A stretch of DNA of 61,466 bases, the filler included, from Basidiobolus ranarum (lineage: Eukaryota): the NCBI GenBank assembly GCA_040143965.1. It is 22 parts of 22 records of this genome, joined end to end, with 100 filler letters (N's around TTAATTAATTAA, not from the genome) between each part and the next. Parts side by side here need not be neighbours in the genome. Positions count along the whole stretch, not along the records: positions 11,237 to 13,943 come from JASJQH010009928.1; positions 14,044 to 16,749 come from JASJQH010009929.1; positions 16,850 to 19,554 come from JASJQH010009930.1; positions 19,655 to 22,358 come from JASJQH010009931.1; positions 22,459 to 25,161 come from JASJQH010009932.1; 17 more parts are not named here. One strand, written 5' to 3'. Below, piece by piece: positions 11,237-25,152 of this stretch. The notes beneath the pieces are model-generated. The model was not told the DNA's origin and did not search any database. It saw nothing but the letters and a program-made list of their open reading frames with translations. Positions within the stretch are counted from its first letter, which is position 1, and each line of letters opens with the position of its first letter. A program made the translations under genes and the position numbers.

Positions 11237-12331
11237 CTATGCCTATATTGCTAGGGAGTCTTAACCTAGTCTGTTAATGTATGATACTTTGGCATATCAG
11301 CTATATAAGCAACTGATTGGCCTTAGACTTTGGACTTGTTCCATTGTGGCAGGATTTATTGGACCTTGGATCAATATATTGGAGTAAATGTGAGTGAAAT
11401 TGATCATGCCAGAGGGTGATGGATAGTGCCAAATTGTGCCGCATATATTTTAGAATAATTGATCCAATATGATATATACAGCACAATCTGGCACTATCAC
11501 AGAGAACAAGTCCTTTGTGTTCAGATATAGTCACCATACTCCATATTTTGCTCTTTGGGAATTACTGCTTGTATCACAAGTCATCAGACTCTCAACCTTA
11601 ATCAAGTATGGACCTAAATGTCCAGTGGTCATAGATAGCTTATTTGATTTAGTAATACCTGAAATGTTATCCAATGGGAATCTGATGAGTGAATACTTCA
11701 TTAATGCTATAATAGTCATATGCTTTGGTGACCCTCCTTCCATTAGTAAATAGGTGCTTTTATGGGTAAACCTCACTATCTGGCTGTGTACTCTGTGCAA
11801 TCAATGGAGTTTGCTAATGTTAAAATACAACACTAAACTCCAGAATTCTACCATCAGGCACCCAGTCAGATTTCAACAAGCTCACTGATATTAATTCACC
11901 AAATAGTTAGTCTGGCATTAAGCTAGGGATTATACATAGGTCTCAGTTTTTATTGCTAAAGGGAACTGAGTAGAGCCAGAGCTTCCCATTAGGCACTTTC
12001 CACTTATTAATCAACAACAATCAATATTACCACTCAGCTGTAGAGTGGAGAATTGAATCTGCAGGAGCCATACCAGATAGGACCAATGTTTGAATCAACT
12101 GGGAAAATGCTTGTAAATATTAAGAGACCATTATATTTCACCAGGACTCCTATTAACCTCACCTCATATAGGCATTTATTAAAATACCAATTTGTATATA
12201 TTGAAGGGAAATCTTGAAAAGATTTCTACCTGCTTGGTATTGGCCACATTGGGAGTTGTCAATGGAGATTGTTTATATATTCTTGTGGTTTCAGCTCATA
12301 GGCAGATCTCAGGCTGATACAATCTAAACAT
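11237..12331 (+). mobile_element. Degenerate CACTA/EnSpm transposase (Tnp2 core)
   Basis: GPKCPVVIDS..EMLSNG..YFINAIIVICFGDPPSISK is homologous to the ORF at 55433..55870. Confidence 0.75.
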
Positions 12332-13647
12332 TGATAAAAGTATTGAGGGGATTTGCAAGTATTTTACAGAAGAATTGACAATATAGTGAAAATTGGTAAA
12401 AGTGATCAAATTGATAGAAATATCAATTAGAATAATAAACACACATTTTTGAATGACAGAATTGAGTACTAAATAAACCGTATATAAATAAACCAACTAC
12501 CAAAGTATGAGTTGCTGTTTACCTAATTTCAACATTCTAACTCAACTAATTCATTTGTATTTCTCTTAAACCTAACTTACATCATAATAATTCAAATTGT
12601 GCCTTAGCTAAAGGTTTAGTTAAGATGTCAGCAATCATTTCTTCAGTAGGGCAATAGACCAGTTCAATTATATCATTGTCAATTGTTTCTCCAACTAAAT
12701 GATGCCTAATATCTATATGTTTTGTTCTAGCATGAAATATTGGGTTTTTAGCCTATGTATTACAACTTTGATTATCTTCATATCCAGTATTAGCACATTT
12801 TTGAAAGTATCCCAAGTGTGTAAATAACTTCAATCACCACAAAGTTTCTAGTCAAGTAGCAGAGGCAGTCATGCACTCTGCTTCAGTAGTGGAAAGTGCT
12901 CCGGTAGGTTGCTTCTTACAATTCCAAGTTATGACTCCATTACCATGGAATAAAGTGTGCCCAGTTGTTGATCTTCTATCATCTAGGTTTCTTTCCCAGT
13001 CTGCATCATTGTAGCCTTCAATTTTTGTGCATCAGGACTAGCAGAGTATTCCAGAACTAGATCTACAGTTCATCTCAAGTACCTGAATTTTTATTTTACT
13101 GCAGTTTTGTGCTCAGATCCAGTATTTTTGAGATATCATCTGACTGTCCCACTGTCACAGCAATGTCTAGATATGTTCCAACCAATGTATACATTAAACT
13201 ACCCACCATAGATTGATAAGGGAACTCCTGGCTTTGATTTGAATCATTTTGGGCCAAATTGGATGAAATTTGTTTAATTTCACATTGAGATCCATTGGTA
13301 TTGATACAGGCTTGTTATTCTCCATGTTAAAGTGATTTAAGATTTCCAGGATATTTCTAGACTAATTCAGCATGATTTTATGATTAGGTTTATCTCTCTT
13401 GATTTGGATTCCAAGAATATAACTTAATTCACCTATAGCAGTCATCTGAAATTGGGTTGCTAAGCTGCTTTTGTCTCATAAAGTGCCTCAAGATCACTTT
13501 TGGCTATGATTAAGTCTTCCACAAATAGTGCCAACTTAAGGATCCTATTTCTGGTTGTTTAGATGTAAATACTGTGATCTGCTTTGCATTTTTGGAATTA
13601 GAGTAGTTCAAAATCAGTATCTATCTTGTTGCACCATGCCAGTGTGC
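12332..13647 (-). mobile_element. Copia family B RT/RNaseH relic, PPT and shortened 3' LTR (12332..12534)
   Basis: Minus-strand motifs GYNDADW..DDRRSTTG, KKQPT.ALSTTEAE, KHIDIRHH, MIADILTKPL. Purine tract abuts TGTTGAAATT. Confidence 0.85.
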
Positions 13648-13943
13648 TGTCACAATAAGGAACTGGACAAGGACTGGGAACAACAATAAGAGGCTAGAAG
13701 GCAGGAGAGTACTTGGGTGTAGACCACAAGACAAGACAAGACTGGACAAGGAGGATACTTTGGCAAGAATCTTTATTGATAACTGGCATTGATCAGACTG
13801 AAGTCTGATCAAGGAATACATGGTGCTTATAGAGATATTGCAAGGTGAAACATAATATACTGAATAGGGAATATACTGTGGCAAGTTTGAGAGTTGGGGT
13901 GTTAAGGACTACAAGGACCAATACAAAGAGGGATGATGCAAGA
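13648..13943 (-). repeat. Chromovirus family A LTR (partial) inserted in Copia RT
   Basis: TGTCAC terminus; matches 43204.. and 39722.. Confidence 0.85.
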
Positions 13944-14603
13944 NNNNNNNNNNNNNNNNNNNNNNNNNNNNNNNNNNNNNNNNNNNNTTAATTAATTAAN
14001 NNNNNNNNNNNNNNNNNNNNNNNNNNNNNNNNNNNNNNNNNNNATTATATATATCATCTACGTCTATATTCTCTCGAAATTTTTGGGCACTTCTCCATTA
14101 AGTACCATATATGATAAGTAAAGTAGTTGAATCCAACTGCATTGTAGTGTATTTTCAAAATGTCGAAATCCGTGTTGAAATTTATATGTATTCGGTATGA
14201 GGCGGTCTCATATTGTAAATAATTGCATGTTCTTTGAGCAGAACTCATATTTCCTTACTATTCTTCAAATCAGCGAATTACATTCAATGGGCTGTCGAAC
14301 ATGGATGAAACTACGTCACGTTACTTGACGATAAAATTGTCTGATTTGGTAAAAATTGTAGTCTCATAAATTGCATAAATATTCGAAAATTATGGAACAC
14401 TATAATAATATTCACTGGCTTTCCGAATAAATCATCGAGTTCCCTAAATAACGATTAAAATTAACTGATAATATAAAATTTTCCCTTTAACAGTTTATCA
14501 CTTCTGCAACATACATACAGTACTATTGTCGTTTTTGCGATAGACTGAGCAAATATTACTATATCACTACTGAATCCATAAAAATCCCCTTTTTTATTAC
14601 AAT

Positions 14604-15898
14604 ATGTCTTCTGAATGGGGAGATTACTTAAGTCAAGCTGTATCACAGGCAACTTGGAGCTTTACAAAAGGGCTTTTACTGGGACAATTGAGTATTTTAG
14701 TATTAGTCGTGGTTTGCGTCAAATATTTACTATTGGAGGACCCTGTACGTGGTGAACGCACTTCCCGTAAATCGGAGCTATTACAACGTAATAAGGAAGC
14801 AAGAGAGAAAGAAAAGGTTTTTGGTGTTGACTTGGTTTCGATAGTGTACTCAAATATTCAACCTACTTTACTTCCCTCAATATTTTTAGCGCCTTCATCG
14901 AGATTCTAGAACTTTCTTAGACGCCGAAATATTGGCTAAAACCGCCTATAACGCTTTCGAACACCCAGCTGAATCTTGTGATTGGTTGAATGTTTTACTA
15001 GCTCAAACCATAAGTAAGATTCGTCGAGATGCCCAAGCCAACAGTCGATTAATTCGAGTATTTGATGAGATACTGAATAGTGGTGTCAAACCCAATTTTA
15101 TGGTAACAACTCGAAAGAAGCCCCTTTTCTTGTTTAGAAGCTAATTCCTAAGGGAACTTTTAATTTAGGGGGATATTACATTGACCGAGTTATCGCTAGG
15201 AACAGAATATCCCATATTTAAAGATGCTCGAATTCGACCTTCAGAAGATGGCTCGAAAATGCGAGCAGAATTATCATTCGAATTTGATGATCAAATCTCA
15301 CTTGGTATAGACACTCAAATCTTAGTCAATTGGCCCAAGGCATATTTAGCAGCGTTGCCAGTTTCTTTGGTAGCGTCAGTAGTAAAGTTTAATGGAACCG
15401 TACGTAAATCCCATACTCTACAAAGAACCATCAATTTCAAGTTAAAAGCTAAAACCATTCTATTTTCAGGTCTATATTGAATTCACTGAAAATTCCGATA
15501 AAAGTACCTATTTATTTGTCTCCATTCAGCCAGATTTCGACCTTCAAATCAACATCAAATCGCTTCTGGGACATCATACTAAAGTAAAAGACTTACCCAA
15601 GCTTAGTTCTTTAATCATTGGGAAGTTACGTAATGTTTTTACTCAAGAGCTTGTGTACCCTAATGGAAAGAAAGTCAATCTTCCCACTTTTCTAAAAGCT
15701 ATGGATACTAAAACGAATAACGAAGCCGACTCCGATAAAGAGTCTCTTCGGAACCCAGATCTTGATGGTGTAATGACCCCGAGAAAGGTAGATAGTAGTG
15801 AAGAAGAAGAGTTGGTTAAAGATGGCAAGAAAGTAGATGTTAGTGAGTCGGTGAAGGAGAAACTAGCAAGAGTCGTGGAGGAAGTTAAGGCCGCCTGA
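14604..15898 (+). CDS. MMM1: ERMES subunit Mmm1 (exons 14604..14816, 14890..15102, 15169..15399, 15470..15898)
   Basis: WSFTKGLLLGQLS transmembrane segment, ESCDWLNVLLAQ SMP start, LGIDTQILVNWPK..AALPVSL, HHTKVKDLPKL. Three GT-AG introns keep the frame. Confidence 0.92.
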
Positions 15899-16595
15899 AC
15901 TCCCTAAGCAGATCCCAACATCTTTGCAACATCTGCACCCAACGCTCTCATTTAGCACTTGTTCTTTGAGCATGCAGCTCTCTATTTTTATCTACCTCTT
16001 ATTACATACACACCATTTATGCTCCTTTCACTAAATTCGATCTTGAGTTCAAATTGGATATCTGGTGAACATTCAGGGACATCCAAGAGTTTAGATTTAT
16101 GATTTCTATAGCAGAAAATATTTTACATCGACTTCTCATACTTCCATTGGTAAATCCTGAATTGAAAGATTCAATTAATTTCTCCTAACTGTACCAAAAG
16201 CTCATAAACTATGATCCAAGGAGAATACAATTGAAATAAACAATAAAAACATACATTGTCTAAAAGATAGTCTTGATTAGAATTTAAAGGCGTAATGGCA
16301 ATGATTGATTGTTTCAAACACAGTCGATGTATATTATTATTGGATGCTGATAGCAGCTAGCACACAATCCATGCGACAAACCAACTAAACGATATTGGAG
16401 TCCTAATATTCAAAGCAATAGAGGCCATTTTTATTTAAATAAACTAAAGAAAGATAGTTATCCATCCTGAGATTTAAACTAATGATGGCTAAGTGAACCC
16501 TCGTTTGCTTTATCTGGGATACTCTCGAAAGGAATCATGACAATTCCTACTCTCCCCAGTTACAACTATGGTGTTAGTGAGGGAGAGCAAGAGAA

Positions 16596-16749
16596 TTAGA
16601 CTGCGTGTGAGTCGTTCTCCTCGTTCTCAAGATCTTCCGGTTCTTTGGGCATCACCAGGTTCAGAATGATAGCAATGAGTGCGGCTATGGTGAAGCCGGA
16701 GTTCACAATCATCTCAGCTGAGATAATGAGTCCGTTCACTGTGGTGTTT
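16596..16749 (-). CDS. C-terminus of a NAT/NCS2 purine (uric acid-xanthine) permease, partial
   Basis: NGLIISAEMIVNSGFTIAALIAIILNLVMPKEPED...* resembles the last transmembrane segment of UapA/UapC (recalled similarity). Confidence 0.6.
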
Positions 16750-19247
16750 NNNNNNNNNNNNNNNNNNNNNNNNNNNNNNNNNNNNNNNNNNNNTTAATTA
16801 ATTAANNNNNNNNNNNNNNNNNNNNNNNNNNNNNNNNNNNNNNNNNNNNTACTATCAATACGCGGTTCATGCAGTAGTGTTCGAGTGTCTGGGAGGAGAA
16901 ACTTGATTTTGTTCCAGAGTTCGTTACACCGGATGCAGCATTATGAACCGCGTCGCGCTGAGCTCCATACTTGAACATGAGCCAAAGTTGATCTTTTCTA
17001 ATTGGAATACTAGCTGTAAGTAGCTCAACCTGCTTCATCCAATAAAGTAGGCTTGCCATAATATGCCCACCCATATTCATGCATCACACTCAGTCTCAAG
17101 CATAACGCAAATGCTGATATATTACCTGGGGACACCGGGATAATGGAAGGTAATGCGAATAGATCTTGATCAGGCTTAGGAAACTTAGCCAGAGACTGAT
17201 CTCCAGTATGGTTCTATTCTATCACTATTTCCATTTCATGTGAGAGAACCCAGTGGATGGGTCGCTGCAAATGATTTGTCAGTGGATCAAGTGATTAGAC
17301 CTGTCCCATCAGGCCAGAGGTTATCAGGCCTTGGCTCAAGATAAAAGAGCACAACACATCAAAACAGCCCATGCATGAGTGCTGGATGAATGGAGCTGCA
17401 TAGATTTTAGATTACTTGATCCAATACTAAAGATACATTACTATATGGCACAATAAATGGAACAAGTCCATTTGATGTGTTGAGATAAGCTGATACTGGT
17501 TTTCTAGAGAAATTCACCTGCTTCAGATCACCAACTTACTCCTAGAGTGTGTTACAAATAGACTACAGACAATATCCTGGAATACCCCTTTTCTCAGACA
17601 GACTAGAGAAGTTGCAAATAATAGAGATAGACAAGGTGAGGAGGCAGAGTAATGCTAGTTGGGCATGGCGAGAATACACATATGAAACCGTGCCAAACAC
17701 AGCAATAATGATATTTTAAAGTGACATATCAACTCCCTAAATACATATATAACTTTAAGACAACAAACTAAGCCCCACTTGTTCTGAAGTAGATATTCCA
17801 TTGCATGGAGATTCGATGAAGTATTGAAGATCGAAATCAATTTTTGCTTTACTGAGTAAAGTGATACATACATGGGATACGAGCTTCTCTTTAGCTTTCT
17901 TGAATGCCGGATCCAGGTAATTCAAGAGTAACAAAGCCACTTGGTGATAAGCATAACCGCAAGGTTAGTTGCGCCAACTGGTACGTAGAGCTCTGTGAAT
18001 TTGATCTAACCCAAAAGATACATTGAAGATAGTTAGTAATCATTCTAAATGAGCTACTTTGAATATTTCGAAGCAACTAACTCTCTACAGGTTCACTGTA
18101 ACACGGATAAGGAGTCAAATTAATGCTAGAGATATTGCTGTTTATAGGTAAAGCCACATTCTATTAAACCAAGTCACTAATAGAAACTCGTTTGCTTATA
18201 TTGGTGATGCACCCCACCCCATGCCATGAGATATGCTCCTGGCATATATAGGGGATATTTCAAACAAAGATATGACTTTTAATTGCCCTCTTTCTGCCAT
18301 ACTCTTTCTGCATGTTGTGTAAATGGTTACGACAACAAAAAGGTTATCCAATATTTCCAAGTTTCATTTATCGATGTTGGTATGATAAAGGGCGATGTTC
18401 TTAAAACTCATATAACTTAAACATTCCTGGTACATCATTAGTTTCCCGAAATTCAATATGAGGATCCAAGTCGATGTCCCTGTCGATGTCACTTCATTCA
18501 TTTTTACGTATTAATTTGCCGGGAACGAGGACATTTTTGCGGGCTATTCTCCCGCATATTTTACACATTCTGTACTCTAGATTACGAGTGATGTTACTCC
18601 TGATAATAGCATAGAGTATACCTCCATTGATTCTAAACAAGGCACCCATCTAGAGCTATTTGGATCAAACATGGCGTCTGTAGCAGTTCAAATAGATGGT
18701 CATGTTTGCTCGGCATTAGAGGTAAGAGTAGCATTTAAAATATGCAATTTATTTACCGGAATGAATAACATCTCTACTAGAGCAACTCCATCCAATTCCA
18801 AATGATAGTAATATAAACTCATATTCTTAGCTATGACTGAACCCTCTATATGTATTGGAAGCCATTTCTTCTCATCAATTATGGCTTCATGGCTTGCATG
18901 ATTAGAATATATAGTGCTTTGTAAAGTATTGGTGCAACAGAGCCAATAATGAGACGTCTTTTTTGCAGCTTGATGGAATATCTGGTAAATCAACATCTGG
19001 AAATTGATTAAAATTGAGAATCGAAATCTTGATCCCGAGTTCAATTGCGATGAGTAATAAAAATCGATTTATGTGCCAATACAATCCTTCTCTTTACCCT
19101 ATTGCTTCATCACAGTTGAAGGTAAGGCCAATTCATTAACATGTATATCTACCAATCCGTTTGTGTCCAACTATCCTTGAACCCTGTGATTACATCCATC
19201 TAATATTCCACGTTACCATCTCTTTAGTTCGGTAATTAACGCCAAAT

Positions 19248-19554
19248 ATGGGTGCCTACAAATACATTGAGGAGTTATACAAGAAGAAGCAATCCGACGT
19301 CATGGGCTTTTTGCTCCGCGTTCGTTGCTGGGAATACAGACAATTAAATGTCATCCACCGCGCTTCCCGTCCTTCCCGCCCTGACAAGGCTCGTCGTCTA
19401 GGATACAAGGCTAAGCAGGGATATGTCATTTATCGTATCCGTGTTCGTCGTGGTAAACGTAAGATACCAGTATCCAAGGGTGCTCAATTTGGTAAGCCTG
19501 TCAACCAACGTATCAACCATCTTAAATACCAACGTTCCCTACGTGCTACTGCCG
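19248..19554 (+). CDS. RPL15: 60S ribosomal protein eL15, 5' part; probable 5'UTR intron at ~19122..19228
   Basis: [36 protein letters not shown]; truncated by the contig end. Confidence 0.95.
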
Positions 19555-19654
19555 NNNNNNNNNNNNNNNNNNNNNNNNNNNNNNNNNNNNNNNNNNNNTT
19601 AATTAATTAANNNNNNNNNNNNNNNNNNNNNNNNNNNNNNNNNNNNNNNNNNNN

Positions 19655-22267
19655 ACTTAATACAGAGTGGCACAATATCGCAGGGTATCCACCAGATAGC
19701 TGGAAGAATGTTGATTCAGCAACGTTAATACAATGGTGGGCTTTGATGGAGATATTGATACAAACTTGTGTTGAGTATGAGCTAACCCTTGGGTATGAAG
19801 AACTCTATAAAAATATTCAGGAGAATATATCAAAGAGACCAAGGATTTTGAAGGTGACAAAGTAGCAATCAAGTGTTAATTGCATAAAATTTGAGTCATG
19901 TTTTTTGCACATGTGTTGATCCCTTGTTCTTGGAGATTGTAGCCAATCATGCACAACTATTTTGTGAGATCTTGAAATTTCACTCCTGAAACTGAAAAAA
20001 TTGGTTAAAAACAAATCTAACTTGACAATTTTATGATGGTGAGCAAGCAGTCAATCCCAAATAGATTAAAATTGTGATGGTTTTCCTACAATAACAATCC
20101 TCAAATTTCTGTTAGGGTTTCTGAATGGTATTGAAGCTTTGAGATGGCAAACTGGTTACAATGAAGTTGCTGAGAAACAGCTTATGCTGAACCAAAATTG
20201 CCATCCATGGCTGGGAATATACTTTAGATCCCCTGATGACTCATCATAATCAGCTGATGATAATGATGTGATATATCAAAAATACCACCGTTTGATATGA
20301 GGTATTCTTTTCTCCACAATACTCTTCTCCTACTGCAACATAAATGTATAAAGAAATTTTGCTCTTATTGTCACAATTTCTTGTGCTATGAAAGCTCAAG
20401 GCTTCATAGAGAAAATAATCATAAGCATGGTCACTGTATAAGGCCACTAGCTGCACCAAGCCCAGCAAATATCAATGGAAATATGTTCATAAAATCATCT
20501 TTGGTTTTGCCCACTCTGTTGACTGGCAGTGCTTTAACTCAAAGTTTTGGTAGCACTGCTCAAAGTCAAGATACTGTGGAGGTACCACAGTTATATGACC
20601 AGAATGATATAGGCAGAAATGCAACTTTGGTCAAACCAGTATGTCCAGACAACTTTGAGGACAAGATGCTAGATGCCAATCTTGATTATTCCAGTATTGA
20701 TGGTAGTATATCTCAAGATAAAGAAGACTATGGTTTTGTTATGGACACTTTGTTATTAGCAAGCATTTGTCTACTAATAGCACCTACACTAAGGGAAGCA
20801 GCTTTGATTATTGAGGAGTGTTGACTTCAAACTAATCTTAGCAACCAGGTGTTTGTTGCTTTTCTTACTATTTTATCACAGTTGATAGGAAACTGATGCT
20901 AGCCACAAACCTGGTGCAAGTGGAAAACACTTGTCAATTTTATGATTTCTAATTCTTCAGTAATCATTCTACCTTGATGCCAAAAAAGTTGTTTGGCTTT
21001 CAATGGTGATATGAAAAACCTGATGTCATGTTTTGCTTGCACACATTGGCAATCATAGAATCAGGTAAATACTGTTCATCTTTGGCTTACATACTGTTGA
21101 TTCCCCTTCTTAAAGTTTTGATAAAGTCCCCAAATATGGATGATTGATCCAATAACTGCTTTCTCCAGTGATCTGAAAACTGTCAGTATTGCCATTTGGT
21201 AATCTGAGTAATAATGTATGGGCAAAATTAGTGATGGAAATAGTGCAATGGGTTGAAGAGACTCCAGAATATAGCAGCCTTCCAACAAAGGGTTCTTTTC
21301 AATGTACTCATGGGTTTTTGCATTGTTTGAGCACAATAACAACAACAAAACCCAATCCATGGCCCCAGAGTTAATATCTCTATGATTTGAACTATTTTGT
21401 TTGTGTGGTAATCTGATAGTATTTCTAGGAAAGTTGCAAGGTAGACTTGTTCATGAGAATGATTGAAATACAAAGTATTATTGTTTTAGTAATGGGGTAT
21501 TCCAGTCAAGCAACAACATATCTACTTGAGGCAGGACATATGTTGATTGCTAGTCTGAGATAATTTAGCTGCATTTATACAGAAATTTGCAAAATCCAAG
21601 AACTTATTCTCATTGTCAATGGTAACCAGAGTCAGCTATTTGTTGGGTGGCAGTGCTACTCTAAACTTCTGATATTTAGCAGCTTTCCACAATTAGTTAG
21701 CTGGTAAAGTATATCAATGTTGTTGAGTTTGGTCTAAGGAGTCAAGATATGCATATATAGAGACTAAATACAACAAGATTCTTGTATTTTTTAATCCTCA
21801 TTATGTCTGGAACACAAAACCTAGAATCTTTAAATAAAAACATGCATATTGATTCAAATTCCTATACCAGTAAGCCCAATAATTGCAATATCAGAAAACT
21901 ATGGAGCAACACAAGTGCAAAATTATAAACCAAATTTTGCACATTTACTACTTGTATGCTAATTTATCACCTTAAAAATCCCAAGTTTAGTTGATATGTT
22001 CTTCTGGATATTGTTCTAAAGTACTTCTTACCAAAGGTTCAGCTCATATCCAACACATGTTTGTGGCAGGATCTCCTTCAAAGCCCACCGTTGTATTAAC
22101 AATGCTGAATCAACATTCTTCCAGCTATCTGGCAGATATCCTGCAATATTGCATCACTCCTTATTGAGTCCTTCCCATATATCTGCAGGGCCAAGACCAG
22201 CCTGAATTTCAAATTAAATATACTTCTTCCGAAGCCACTAACTTCAAACTGGTACTGTGTTATTCCC
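19655..22267. mobile_element. Mosaic of CACTA/EnSpm fragments: terminus at 20117, transposase N-terminus on + (20250-21060), 3' region
   Basis: ..TTCTGTTAGGG end, CQKSCLAFNGDMKNLMSCFAC (EnSpm Cys motif), and matches to 59850-60600 (inverted), 58920-59600 and 6500-7001. Confidence 0.75.
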
Positions 22268-22358
22268 TGATAAAAGTGTTTAGGGGATTTGGAAGTGTTT
22301 TGGACAAGATTTGGATTTGTGAATTAGACACTTAAGTTTTATTGAATTGAATATGTCC
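22268..22358 (-). repeat. Copia family B LTR end
   Basis: TGATAAAAGTG..GAATTAGACACTTAAG is the reverse complement of 39620-39713. Confidence 0.75.
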
Positions 22359-22458
22359 NNNNNNNNNNNNNNNNNNNNNNNNNNNNNNNNNNNNNNNNNN
22401 NNTTAATTAATTAANNNNNNNNNNNNNNNNNNNNNNNNNNNNNNNNNNNNNNNNNNNN

Positions 22459-25152
22459 TACCAAATTGGTAAAACAAAAGTGTTTTTCCGTGCTGGTCAG
22501 GTAACTATGAGTATACAGGATATTCTGTCCTCCTATGTCCCATACTGATTCCAAGAGAATCTCTCTTGCATCCATTGGTTTTATTTCTAGCTCGCTTACT
22601 TGGAGAAACTGCGCTCAGATAAGCTGTACTATTACACTGTCATGATACAGAAGAACGTCCGTCGATTCTTAGCTCGCAAAAATTACCTTCGACTCCGATT
22701 CCGTACTGTCGTGGTTCAGTCAATCATTCGAAAGAAATTCGCCTTTCGTTTATTGGAAAATATGCGCCGTAAGAAGGCGGCCATCTGTATCCAGAAAAAT
22801 TGGAGAGCCTATCGGGAACGAAAGAGATACCAAGCTATGCGTACTTTGATAATCAAAGCGCAATCCTGTGAGTCAACAATTCCAATCACGTGATACATCA
22901 GGTTACTGATCATCATTCACATGTAGATGTAAGAAGGCATCTTGCCAAGAAGTTGGCCCTCAAATTGCGACAGGTTAAGGCTACCATCAACATACAAAGG
23001 GTTTACAGAGGGTGGTTCGTAGCATTTAGCAACCTTTTCATTTTCGCTTCATTCATGAGTAATGCGAGTTTAATGACATGATTTTTTTCTATTTAGGCTT
23101 GTTCGTAGAGAATATCGTAAAACGATCAAATCTATCATTCTTATTCAAGCCTGTCTGCGCCGTTCTTTGGCCAAGAAAGAACTTCGCCAATTAAAGATAG
23201 AAGCCAGGTCAGCGAACCACTTCAAGGAGCAGTCGTATCAGTTAGAGAATAAGCTTGTGACGCTCACCCAGCAGCTCGCTTTTCAAAAAGACGAGAATAA
23301 GACTCTTATCGAAAAGATTAACTCGGCTGAGAATCAAGTAAACATCTGGAAAGACAAGTACGAAAAAGCTGAACAGAAAAATACTGAGCTGGCGGAGAAA
23401 TTTGCTGGTTCTTCTGAAGAATCTAAAGAATATGAGGCTTTATTAAAGGAGAAAGATCAGTTATTAGCACGGTTGAAGAGTTTGGGCGACTCTTTCAAAG
23501 CTAAGGAGTCTGAGTTCGATGGAGTTAAAGAAGAGCTTTCAACGACCAAAAAGGAGCTGTTGAAACTCAAGACAATCTCCAAAATGATTAAGACTAAGAA
23601 AGAAGCTGATGATAAAATGACTCTTAAACTTCAAGAAGAAGTTAGCTCGCTTAAGGCCCAGTTGGCCGTTCTCTCCAGAGGCCAGAAAGTGGATACTGTC
23701 ACACTACAGGCCCACTACAACCTTGTCTCAGCTAATTCTACTCCTGTTACTTCATCGCCGGTGCTTACTCCCAGTATTAGTAACCCAATGGTGATCAATA
23801 CGCCAATAGTACCACCTCGTCCAGATCTTGCTTCAATGGAGAATCCACAGAAAGGAGGAGAATTCCAGCCACCGCTGCCTATTCAAAACTTCAACCAAAA
23901 TATCATGAGACAGAGTGTCCCTCCACACGCTTTTGCCAACCACATGCGCAGCAACTCTGTGGAGGCTGGAGGAAACAATTTCGCTTCAGAAAAGGATTAC
24001 AAGCGTATGACTTTGGCGGGACTCCCAATGGGCAGATCACGACAATCAGTTCTTGGACACATATCACTTCCGGATATACAGGTACATGAGTTTTCAAATC
24101 TGGGCTCTTTTGACCCTTTGTACTTACGCTCCCTTTAGAATATTTTAATTAGCGAAGGTTTAGTCAGCGAAATAGAAACGTTCCTGCGATCAGTAGCCAT
24201 CCCAGTACAAAATCAGTCACGTCCTATTATGGGAGCTCATGAGATTTTGTTTCCCGCCAACATAATTAACATGTGCGTTACTCAGCTTTGGGCTAACGAC
24301 TTGGGTTTAGAATTGAAGAGATTCTTAAACAAAGCGACGTTTACAATTGAAAAACTTGTTTCGGTAAGAATAATGCTTTATATCACTATATCCATATATC
24401 TCCATATATCTCCAAATGATCGTGTTGTAACATATCTTTCTTGATTACAGAGACCCGAGCGAGACTTTATCTTACCCTTCTGGTTATCTAATGCTTGTTA
24501 TCTACTTCTCGGAGTTACAGAAACCGAGAATCGTTATAAACAAGAAACTGTGCCAGGTCTAACGCGCCGCAACACTGATTATGTAGACCCACTGCGTGTG
24601 ATTGAGAAGTGTAAACAAGACCTGGAGATGTTGATTACCAACATATATAATATTTATCTGCAAGAATTGAATAAGCAGGTTGGTAAGCTGGTTATCCCAG
24701 CAGTGGTTGAGAGCCAGCCACTGAATGAGTATTTCGTCAAAGAGTCTGGATTCTTCAGTAAGCTTATGGGCAACAGTAATCCACCACCTTCCAACAAGAT
24801 TCTGACCGAATGGTTGAACGAGTTGATTAATACCATGAACTATTACTATGTCAGCGAGCTGCTTGCTTCAAGGTTGGTGGCTGAATTGGTGAATTTCATA
24901 GGAGCCAGTGCCTTCAACCATATTATCATGAGGAAGAACTTCTGCAATTGGAAGCGTGGTACACAAATCCAAGCAAATGTGACTGCTATTGAGGAATGGT
25001 TCAAGGCACACATTTCACCCAAGTTGCCAACCATGATACACTTGGAAAGACTTAAGCAATCGGTGAAACTACTAACGTTACTACACCAAGTCCGAGCTGT
25101 GTCAATTCTATTCCAAGGCTGTTATCTCTTAAATCCAGCTCAGATATCCTAG
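22459..25152 (+). CDS. MYO2: Class V myosin, C-terminal part (motor end, IQ repeats, coiled coil, DIL domain); five introns
   Basis: YQIGKTKVFFRAGQ|LAYLEKLR, IQ motifs (IQKNVRRFLARK, IQKNWRAY), EARSANHFKE.SY.LENK, DIL motif FNHIIMRKNFCNWKRG. Introns at 22501-22590, 22868-22926, 23015-23096, 24082-24138, 24364-24450. Confidence 0.9.

Noticed and set aside
16850-19084. Several short minus-strand ORFs upstream of RPL15
   Set aside because: Could not assemble a spliced model or recognise a domain.
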